Below, piece by piece: positions 1 to 7,119 of a stretch of DNA of 32,000 nt; the stretch's first letter is position 1; each line of letters opens with the position of its first letter. This stretch comes from Candidatus Syntropharchaeum caldarium (GTDB lineage: Archaea > Halobacteriota > Syntropharchaeia > Syntropharchaeales > Syntropharchaeaceae). The stretch spans positions 30,001 through 62,000 of the forward strand of contig LYOS01000002.1 of NCBI GenBank assembly GCA_001766815.1. The letters run 5' to 3'. The position numbers were made by a program, and so were the translations under genes. The notes under the pieces were generated by a model. It searched no databases and was not told the origin of the DNA. It was given only the letters and a program-made list of their open reading frames with translations.

Positions 1-764
1 AGGGGGTTCTTGAGAAGGTTTACATCTCATCCATCAACCCCAAAGATGGGATATTTGCTATAGAGGAGAACAAGGTAGTCAGTAGGCCCACAAACACAAA
101 ATTAAGTGCCCTTGCAGTAAAAGAGGAGGCTGCAAAGGTATTAGAGCCGTTAGTTCTCAAGATTGTTAATGAAAAAATTGCCATCAAATTACCTGAGTTG
201 AGCGAGATATTAAAAGAGACCTATGGAAATTCTGGCATAACAGATGATCTCGTCCTGATGGCAAGCGATAATCTTGAGATAGGTACCCAGGTGCATATAC
301 TGAGGAGGAAAGATGCGGTTGTAGTTCAGCTTCCTGAGGAGAGATTAATAGATGAAGTCAAGAAAAAGATATTCTTTGAAGTGAAAAAGGAGGGTGAGAT
401 CGATAAGGAAATCCTTATCGAGGAACTATCTAAGAGAATACCCACAGAAAAGAAGACGTTTGATGATGCTATCGCATACCTCATAGATGATGGAAAGTTG
501 GAGTTTGATAAAGAGTCCGATAAGCTCTCATTACCAAGGAAAAAAGATAAACCAGTAAAGCCAAAGAAAAGGATCATTATTAAAGAAGAAGGAACGACGA
601 GTGAGATAATAAATAAAATAGGGGAGATAGTGGAAGAGACTGACATTATAGAAGATGTCAGGATAGAGATTGTCAAGGACCTGTCTGCAAAAGAGCTCAA
701 GGAGCTTCTTGAGAGAACCGGCGAGATGAGTATAAAGTTAATGGCCAGGAGAAAGGAGATATGA
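1..764 (+). CDS. 3' part of a larger protein that begins upstream of the window. It is the first visible gene of the PglZ/methylase operon, and its function cannot be read from this fragment. By context it could be the large DUF499/BrxC-like ATPase partner.
   Basis: I translated nt 3-197 in the frame of the 198..764 ORF (GVLEKVYISSINPKDGIFAIEENKVV...) and found no stop. The TTG at 198 is therefore internal and the ORF is open to the window edge. The tail is K/E-rich and helical. Its stop overlaps the next start (ATGA at 761-764). Confidence 0.6.
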   Translation, partial: GVLEKVYISSINPKDGIFAIEENKVVSRPTNTKLSALAVKEEAAKVLEPLVLKIVNEKIAIKLPELSEILKETYGNSGITDDLVLMASDNLEIGTQVHILRRKDAVVVQLPEERLIDEVKKKIFFEVKKEGEIDKEILIEELSKRIPTEKKTFDDAIAYLIDDGKLEFDKESDKLSLPRKKDKPVKPKKRIIIKEEGTTSEIINKIGEIVEETDIIEDVRIEIVKDLSAKELKELLERTGEMSIKLMARRKEI

Positions 765-1675
765 TAGAGATCGCCGGGGGTTCAATAAAGATTAACGACG
801 TAAGCAAACTCGTTCATGGTAACCCGATAGATGGAGTATTTGAATCCTTAAACGATATATGGAGTCATGCATGGTTCAAAGACGATGAGTATTATCCCCT
901 CGGGGAGGAGCTGGCATCAAAATTCGAAGAACAGGTTTTCAATCTTTATCCTGAGATATACGATTGTATATTAACAAATGCAGAAAGGAGCGATAAAATA
1001 AGCGAGGTACTTTCAAAGCCCCGGTATTGCCTTGTTGTAATGGATGGAATGAGTTTAAGAGAGGTTTTGCCATTATTGAAGGAATTTAAAAAATATGGTG
1101 AGGTCAAATACAGATATGCATACTCAGCAATCCCAAGCGAGACGGAATTTTTTACGAGACGACACTTTAACACAGCATCCCCCTCCCAAATAAAATCCAG
1201 CGAAAGATATCACTTTGTCCATTTGCAAAGGGAGGATGATATCGAGGATATACCTTCAGACAAAGATAAGTTGATAGCCTGGTCAACATACCCAGATTCT
1301 ATCTTTTCCCAATTTAAAAGTGGTTTTGAAACCCAGGACCTCAAAGAGGTCTTCAATAAGACGAAGGATATTCTACTTAGGTTACTTGAGCACCTATCAT
1401 CCTCTAAGGAAATCATCATCACATCAGATCATGGATATTTTGTCGATACATTCTCGTGGAAGGGCTTGGATGACTTTCCAAGCGGGGAGAGATACTCGTT
1501 CAACATTCCAGAATCACTTAAGAGATACTGTAGGCAGTTCGATGACTACTGGATACTTGTGGGAAGGTACAACACGATAAAGCGGGGGAAGTACACTCAT
1601 GTGAGACATGGGGGGCTGTCATTCCTTGAGACGATAATACCCTTCATTGAAGTAAAAAGAGAGGGAGGAGAGTAA
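761..1675 (+). CDS. pglZ: Minimal PglZ-domain protein (alkaline-phosphatase superfamily), 304 aa
   Basis: PglZ/alkaline-phosphatase hallmarks are in the expected order: LVVMDGMSLRE (metal-binding Asp, aa 91-101), AIPSETEFFTRR (nucleophile Ser/Thr region), IITSDHGYF (aa 218-227) and HGGLSFLETIIPFIEV (aa 283-298). It has an ATGA overlap with the upstream gene, and its stop lies 1 nt before the next ATG. Confidence 0.8.
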   Translation: MIEIAGGSIKINDVSKLVHGNPIDGVFESLNDIWSHAWFKDDEYYPLGEELASKFEEQVFNLYPEIYDCILTNAERSDKISEVLSKPRYCLVVMDGMSLREVLPLLKEFKKYGEVKYRYAYSAIPSETEFFTRRHFNTASPSQIKSSERYHFVHLQREDDIEDIPSDKDKLIAWSTYPDSIFSQFKSGFETQDLKEVFNKTKDILLRLLEHLSSSKEIIITSDHGYFVDTFSWKGLDDFPSGERYSFNIPESLKRYCRQFDDYWILVGRYNTIKRGKYTHVRHGGLSFLETIIPFIEVKREGGE

Positions 1676-1676
1676 T

Positions 1677-4271
1677 ATGCCATACATTGAAAGAGATTTC
1701 CCAATCGAGCCGATCGATGAGATCGCATGGAGCGAGAGCAATGCTAGAAAACCTATATATGAAATGCATAAATGGTTTGCAAGAAGGGTCGGGAGTACAT
1801 TTAGAGCCTTAATACTTGGAACTTTCCTTGATGATGATCCAATGAAATATTATTACAGAAAAAACGAGCTGAAGAATGGAGAGGGAAAGCCACCGATCGT
1901 GCTTGACCCGTTCATGGGAGGGGGAACCACGATCATAGAAGGTCATAGATTGGGCTGTAAAATGATTGGTGTTGACATTAATCCTTTAGCATGGTTTATT
2001 ACAAAAAAAGAAATTGAACAAGTAGATAAGAAAAAGGTTGAAGAGGAGTTCAAAAGTATAGAGATGGCTTTAAAAGATAAGATTCTTTCATATTATAAAA
2101 CAAAATGTGATAATGGCCATGATGCAGATATTATGTATGTTTTTTGGATTAGAAAAATAAAATGTGAAAATTGCAAAAAAGAGGTTCCACTGTTGCGATC
2201 ATCATTGCTTTCGAATCCAAAGGGCAAAGATAATGTATACGCTTGCGTAAAATGTAAATCAATAGTTAAAATAAAGCCTGGAGATTCTCAAAAGTGTCCA
2301 TATTGCGGCGAGGATTTCGAAAATCCCTATGTTACCGATAAAAAATATACATGTCCTCACTGTGGATATCCTGGAGATATTACAACTGCATGGTTATCGG
2401 AAGATACACCTCCTCAAGAAGAAATGTTTGCAATAGAATATTATTGTGAAGTTTGTGGACGTAACTATAAATTGCCAGATAAAAAGGACATTGAGAGATT
2501 TGAAAGAATAAAAGATGAATACAATCAAAAGAAAGACGAATTGTTGGGAATCCTCATCCCAGATCAAAAAGTTCCATGGGAAGTTATGGCGACAAAACGT
2601 CCAAGAAGTACAGTATATAAATATTTTCATCAATTTTTCAACGAGAGGCAATTATTGTCCTTATCCCTACTTTTCGAAGAAATATTAAAAATAAAAGAGA
2701 AAAGCATACGCGAATTTTTCTTAATCGTCTTTTCTGACTGTTTAAATGCGAATAATATGTTTTGTATCTACAATACTCAAGGAGAGAAACTTGAACCCCT
2801 GTTTGGAGGTCATTATTATTCCCCTCCAAAAATGCCTGTGGAAAACAATGTTTGGGGAACGAAGATTGGCAGAGGAACTTTTATTAAATACTACAAAAAA
2901 GGATTAGAAGCTCTAGACTATCAAAAAAAACCATTTTTAATTAAATTCCAAACGAAGACTGGAAAATATGGGAAAGAAAGAAGAGAAAGAACTACAATCA
3001 TTAACAATAACGAGATGATAAATGGGGTATTGGCTAATGACTTCAGTGAGCTTATTAAGAACAAAAATGTTCTTTTAAAATCAGAAACATCAGAAGATAT
3101 GAGTTTTATACCAGATAATTCTGTTGATGCAATAATTTCAGACCCGCCTTATTATGATAATATAATGTATTCAGAGCTCTCGGATTTCTTTTATTCTTGG
3201 TTACATCTAGCTTTAAAAGATGATTATCCTGATGTTTTTGGTAAGAAGTTAAGTAGAAACGATAGGGAAATATTAGTAAATAGAAAAATTGGTAAAGACG
3301 ATAATTTCTTCATAGAAACATTAGGTAGAGTTTTTAGAGAATGTTATCGAGTCCTAAAAGATAATGGAATTATGGCCTTTGTCTTTCAACATAAGAGAAC
3401 AGAAGCATGGGCTGCGGTTCTAAAAGCGTTGCTAAAATCAGGCTTTTATGTGGTTGCGGTTTATCCAACCCATGGCGAGACGCCCAGCGGTGTAAGGGCA
3501 TACGGGATTAACTACAACTCCATCCTTGTCTGTCGGAAGCTACTTGAGAGAAAGCAGCAGCAGATACCCTGGATGATATTCGAGAGCGAATTGAGAAGCC
3601 ATGTAGATATGAGCATTGAGGAGATCCTTGATAAGCATCCTGATTTAGAGGTTGAGGATGCATTCATTATTGCGATGGGGAAGGCTTTACAGGTATACAG
3701 CCAGAACTACGGGAATATAGTAAAGGATGGTGAGATGTTTGATGTCTCAGAGGTTTCGATGGAGATCATGGGGGATATCGTATTTGATTCGCTTTTAAGG
3801 CGCGTTCTTGAGAGGGTACCTGATGTTGATAGGATATCAAAGATATACGCCAGCGTTTTTGCCAAGAAAGAGAAGATAACAAATGATACGATAAACAAGC
3901 TCACCAGACATGGCGGTATAGAAACAGATGCGTTTGAAGAGAAAAAACTGGTAAAGAAGAACAAAAAGAAGGGGATAATGACCATTACGCCTCCAAAAGA
4001 GAGGAAGGACTTTATAGCCAAAAAAATAGAGAAAGGTCTTCCCATAACCTACATTGATGCCGCTCATCTTCTATGGATAGAGAGGGAGAAGAATGGCAAC
4101 TTCAGAAACACGCTTGAAATGATTTTACGAACAGGTCTTGAGAAAGAAAGATTGGAGCAGTACATAAGGTTCATGGTCGAGAGAACGAACGATGAAACAT
4201 GGAAGAAGATAGAATACACCTTTAAATCCGCACCTGACAAGACCTTAGAGGACTTTGGCATGGAGGGATAA
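1677..4271 (+). CDS. DUF1156/COG1743-type adenine-specific DNA methyltransferase with nested Zn-ribbons (PglXI-like)
   Basis: The N-terminal signature ERDFPIEPIDEIAWSESNARKPIYEMHKWFARR is typical of DUF1156. SAM-binding motif I is VLDPFMGGGTT (aa 75-85, nt 1905-1931 for DPFMGGGTT). Catalytic motif IV is SDPPYYDN (DPPY at nt 3141-3152). Six Cys pairs or CxxxH motifs lie between them (aa 144-260). Confidence 0.85.
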   Translation: MPYIERDFPIEPIDEIAWSESNARKPIYEMHKWFARRVGSTFRALILGTFLDDDPMKYYYRKNELKNGEGKPPIVLDPFMGGGTTIIEGHRLGCKMIGVDINPLAWFITKKEIEQVDKKKVEEEFKSIEMALKDKILSYYKTKCDNGHDADIMYVFWIRKIKCENCKKEVPLLRSSLLSNPKGKDNVYACVKCKSIVKIKPGDSQKCPYCGEDFENPYVTDKKYTCPHCGYPGDITTAWLSEDTPPQEEMFAIEYYCEVCGRNYKLPDKKDIERFERIKDEYNQKKDELLGILIPDQKVPWEVMATKRPRSTVYKYFHQFFNERQLLSLSLLFEEILKIKEKSIREFFLIVFSDCLNANNMFCIYNTQGEKLEPLFGGHYYSPPKMPVENNVWGTKIGRGTFIKYYKKGLEALDYQKKPFLIKFQTKTGKYGKERRERTTIINNNEMINGVLANDFSELIKNKNVLLKSETSEDMSFIPDNSVDAIISDPPYYDNIMYSELSDFFYSWLHLALKDDYPDVFGKKLSRNDREILVNRKIGKDDNFFIETLGRVFRECYRVLKDNGIMAFVFQHKRTEAWAAVLKALLKSGFYVVAVYPTHGETPSGVRAYGINYNSILVCRKLLERKQQQIPWMIFESELRSHVDMSIEEILDKHPDLEVEDAFIIAMGKALQVYSQNYGNIVKDGEMFDVSEVSMEIMGDIVFDSLLRRVLERVPDVDRISKIYASVFAKKEKITNDTINKLTRHGGIETDAFEEKKLVKKNKKKGIMTITPPKERKDFIAKKIEKGLPITYIDAAHLLWIEREKNGNFRNTLEMILRTGLEKERLEQYIRFMVERTNDETWKKIEYTFKSAPDKTLEDFGMEG

Positions 4272-4277
4272 ATAAAA

Positions 4278-4673
4278 ATGGATTTGCAGAGAGCGGGTTT
4301 TCATGTGATAGATATTAAAAGGTTCAGGGAAGTCGAAGAGAAAGACCTGCCTTTAATGCATGATACCAGCATAATAAACCTGTTAAGGGATATAGAACGG
4401 GGAAGGCTTCAGAAATTTACAGTTGTTGATGGACTGGATGAATTCATGCGAAGTTCAACGGATGAGGCTATCGAGCAGGCAAGGAAAATCTTGAATAAAG
4501 GCATTACGGACATGCTTGCAATTGATGCATCGTTGGTCTTTGTTGTAAAATGCGATATCGAAAGAATCCCGGATAACCCCAGTGTTCATAATAAACCTCT
4601 GGCCATGATCTTCCCGAGGCCACATGATATTGGCTCTATGGAGCCAAGGTATCTCTATTATCCCATAATATAG
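4278..4673 (+). CDS. Hypothetical 131-aa protein with a Walker-B-like strand (FTVVDGLDEF) but no P-loop
   Basis: The ATG lies 7 nt after the methylase stop. The ORF ends (TAG) 7 nt before the GTG of the ATPase gene, which has an AGGAGG Shine-Dalgarno sequence. I recognise no family. The segment FTVVDGLDEF...ASLVFVVK resembles the Walker-B and following strand of RecA/KaiC-like folds. Confidence 0.5.
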   Translation: MDLQRAGFHVIDIKRFREVEEKDLPLMHDTSIINLLRDIERGRLQKFTVVDGLDEFMRSSTDEAIEQARKILNKGITDMLAIDASLVFVVKCDIERIPDNPSVHNKPLAMIFPRPHDIGSMEPRYLYYPII

Positions 4674-4680
4674 GAGGTGT

Positions 4681-5865
4681 GTGATTATAGGTCTCAATAT
4701 TGGAAAAGATAAGGACGGAAACGAGATATTCATTGATACGGGTAGGTCACATGCTATTTTCATTTGTGGTAAAAGGGGTGCCGGGAAGTCCTATACAATG
4801 GGCGTAATCGGAGAAGAACTTATCCAAAGATCAAAAGAAATAGTGCCTATAATTGTTGACCCTATCGGCGTTTATTGGACAATGTCAAAAGAGAACGACC
4901 TTGAGGATATCATGGACTGGGATATTATACCTCAGGCTTTTCCTGTACATCTTATAGTTCCCGGTGAGCCAGAGAGAGTTTACGGCGAGGAACTAATGGA
5001 TGAGATGGAATACTTGGGTATTAAGATCATACCTCTTAAAATCCCGCCTTACGATCTGGAGCCTGATGAATGGCTTGATCTCTATGGATTATCGCTTACA
5101 GATGCAATGGGAATCGCTCTTTTCAGGGCTACTGCAAAGTTATTCTCAAAGAAGGAAGATGAGGGATTTAGGTATACGTTTGATAATATCATAGAAGAGA
5201 TACTGAATGATGAGTATGCCCATGAAAGAACCAAAGTTGCACTGATGAGCAGACTGGATGTGTCAAAGAGATGGGGGATATTTGGAGAGGAAACATGGAA
5301 GACGTTTGATTTATTTCAGCCCGGTGTTTTGAATATCATAGACCTCAGCCATCTGGATCCACACAGGTTTGGACTGAGGCAATTTATCTTATCAATAGTA
5401 TGTAAGAAGCTCTTCTATGAACGGATCAGGGCACGGAAGTTAGAGGAATTCGGTAAGATTGTGGATGTGCCAAGGATATGGTTGCTGATCGATGAAGCAC
5501 ATCAGTTTATACCAACAGGACTAACAACAGCATCAAAACCCGTGCTTATAAGATGGGTAAAGGAGGGGAGACAACCTGGTTTATCAGTCGTATTAGCCAC
5601 TCAACAGCCATCAGCGATAGATAAGGAGGTGTTATCCCAGTGTGATATGGTGATCTCCCACAAGGTAACGATGAAACTGGATTTGGATGCGTTAAACGCC
5701 TTAAGCCACGAATATATGAAGCTGGAATTTAAGGAATACATGAAAAAGATAAAGAATCCAGGAGAAGCAATATATCTGGATGATGAGGCGGAAAAGATTA
5801 GATTGATTAGAATAAGAAAGAGGATGTCAAGGCACGGAGGGAGGGAGATCCTTAGGAGATATTAA
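4681..5865 (+). CDS. HerA/DUF87 (COG0433)-type P-loop ATPase lacking an N-terminal HAS-barrel
   Basis: Walker A is HAIFICGKRGAGKSYTMG (about nt 4768-4791). Walker B is IWLLIDEAHQFIP (D271 E272). The typical HerA/FtsK-like C-terminal motif GRQPGLSVVLATQQPSAIDKEVLSQCDMVISHKV is present. GTG start preceded by taGGAGGtgt. Confidence 0.8.
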   Translation: MIIGLNIGKDKDGNEIFIDTGRSHAIFICGKRGAGKSYTMGVIGEELIQRSKEIVPIIVDPIGVYWTMSKENDLEDIMDWDIIPQAFPVHLIVPGEPERVYGEELMDEMEYLGIKIIPLKIPPYDLEPDEWLDLYGLSLTDAMGIALFRATAKLFSKKEDEGFRYTFDNIIEEILNDEYAHERTKVALMSRLDVSKRWGIFGEETWKTFDLFQPGVLNIIDLSHLDPHRFGLRQFILSIVCKKLFYERIRARKLEEFGKIVDVPRIWLLIDEAHQFIPTGLTTASKPVLIRWVKEGRQPGLSVVLATQQPSAIDKEVLSQCDMVISHKVTMKLDLDALNALSHEYMKLEFKEYMKKIKNPGEAIYLDDEAEKIRLIRIRKRMSRHGGREILRRY

Positions 5866-5943
5866 AGATGGGCACACTCTCAAAAAATTGACTTAAACAC
5901 TCAAACAACTGATGGGTTATGAGCAATCACAGAGATGCCTCCC

Positions 5944-5951
5944 CTATATAT
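5944..5951 (+). promoter_or_regulatory. TATA-box-like element (CTATATAT), possibly driving a leaderless transcript of the VapB-like gene
   Basis: ctatatat lies 26 nt upstream of the ATG at 5977. Archaeal TATA boxes centre about 26-27 nt upstream of the transcription start. No Shine-Dalgarno sequence precedes ATG 5977. Confidence 0.35.
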
Positions 5952-5976
5952 CCGTGCAGTTTACATAGGTAAACAC

Positions 5977-6531
5977 ATGTCAAGAAAATTGATTTCGATC
6001 CATGAGGAAACCTACGAACAGCTTGAGGATTTGAAGGTGTCCCCATCCGAGAGTTTTAATGACGTCCTCAGCCGCCTCATTTCTTGGCCTGCCGAGGTTT
6101 TGAGATCACTTCAGGAAAACGCTGCTCGTGCGAGGGGCGAGACCCCTCTCGATATTGAGGTTATTGAGACCGTTCCTGTCCCAAAAGAGCCAAATATGAT
6201 CGCATTAGAAGAAAGATGCTGTGAAACACCTATTCCTCTGGTAATATATGATGACCTGAAAGGTAAGAAGGGCAATGAAGTGAAAAGGAGCCTGATTGTT
6301 GGTCGTGGCAGGGTATTCCTTCCTCCTGGGAGGTACATCGTGGAATTACAGGCAAGATGTGAGGAAGATAGATTCAATAAAAAACCAAGCATAAGGCAGA
6401 TATCCCTATACGAGCCGAGAACTATCAAATTTCACCTTAAGCAACCCACAGCTAATGAAAGGAGAGACCTTCTCTCACATCAGATTGAACCGCCCCCTGA
6501 AGAAGAACCACCATACAGGCAAATGAAATAA
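5977..6531 (+). CDS. Fusion protein: N-terminal archaeal VapB-type antitoxin-like domain plus an unknown beta-rich C-terminal region of about 140 aa
   Basis: MSRKLISIHEETYEQLEDLKVSPSESFNDVLSRLI matches the archaeal 'putative antitoxin VapB' pattern (M.K.IsI.eevYe.L..lK...ESFSdvi.rL). I prefer ATG 5977 over the track start at 5935 because of that homology start and the TATA spacing. The C-terminus (GRGRVFLPPGRYIVELQA...) looks like a beta-sandwich. Confidence 0.6.
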   Translation: MSRKLISIHEETYEQLEDLKVSPSESFNDVLSRLISWPAEVLRSLQENAARARGETPLDIEVIETVPVPKEPNMIALEERCCETPIPLVIYDDLKGKKGNEVKRSLIVGRGRVFLPPGRYIVELQARCEEDRFNKKPSIRQISLYEPRTIKFHLKQPTANERRDLLSHQIEPPPEEEPPYRQMK

Positions 6532-6708
6532 ATGTCCAAGGTAGCATGTGAAGTATTGGATGAAATCCACTTCACCCGCGCTGAGATCCTCCGTCACCTC
6601 AATCTGGCTCACGCCCGGCTTTCAAAGGTTGAATCCCTCCTGAACCCCATCCTCCGGCAGAGAAAAAAAAGGGTTCCTGTAGGCGGCAGGGGGGGTGGTT
6701 TCTTCTAA
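6532..6708 (+). CDS. Possible 58-aa helical small protein, below the ORF-track cutoff
   Basis: The ATG directly abuts the TAA of the preceding gene (TAA 6529-6531, ATG 6532-6534). Translation: MSKVACEVLDEIHFTRAEILRHLNLAHARLSKVESLLNPILRQRKKRVPVGGRGGGFF*. I recognise no family. Confidence 0.3.
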   Translation: MSKVACEVLDEIHFTRAEILRHLNLAHARLSKVESLLNPILRQRKKRVPVGGRGGGFF

Positions 6709-7119
6709 AAGGATGGATGAGAAAAGTTTGATTGAAAAATGTGATTTTTATAAGAGAGCCAAATATAAAGCGATAGAGAGGATCTTGGAGAGGGGTAATG
6801 TTTTTGTATCCTCATGTTTGAAAATAGCCTTATTTTTTGGTTTATGTAGGTCTCAGATGAATCTCCGATAAGACACCAGGATACCTCGCCGATGCACAGA
6901 AGGCAGAGGTTGAAAGTGAGAGGGCAAGGGTGAGGCAGATAGAAGGTGCTAAAATTGGTGGTATGACTGCCGGAAGAGGGGGACCAAAAGAGGATAATAG
7001 CCTCACTCCTCTGAGGGAGTAAGGCTAAAAGATGATAAAGGTGAATCTGTCGAGCTTGCCACAAAGAAAGCCAGAGATAGGGGTTAGCCATTTCAGACAG
7101 GACAGGCAAAAAAAGGCAC

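Noticed and set aside
326-700. The minus-strand 124-aa ORF, and other antisense ORFs inside the defence operon (946..1173, 1210..1422, 2394..2651, 2638..2829, 3707..4045, 3837..4067, 4064..4261, 4455..4763).
   Set aside because: All are antisense to motif-supported or tightly coupled plus-strand genes. They are Ser/Leu/Phe/Ile-rich, as expected for the complement of K/E-rich coding sequence.
6713-6871. The 52-aa plus-strand ORF MDEKSLIEKCDFYKRAKYKAIERILERGNVF..., which resembles the start of a HEPN domain.
   Set aside because: The similarity covers only about 25 aa and is judged by eye. There is no RxxxxH motif and no adjacent nucleotidyltransferase partner. I kept it only as a hint within the 6709-7119 finding.
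6705-7109. The 134-aa minus-strand ORF downstream of the AbrB-like gene, considered as a candidate toxin.
   Set aside because: It has a TTG start and a Leu/Ser/Pro/Trp-rich sequence. It lacks PIN acidic residues and any MazF, Doc or HEPN pattern. It looks like a chance ORF.
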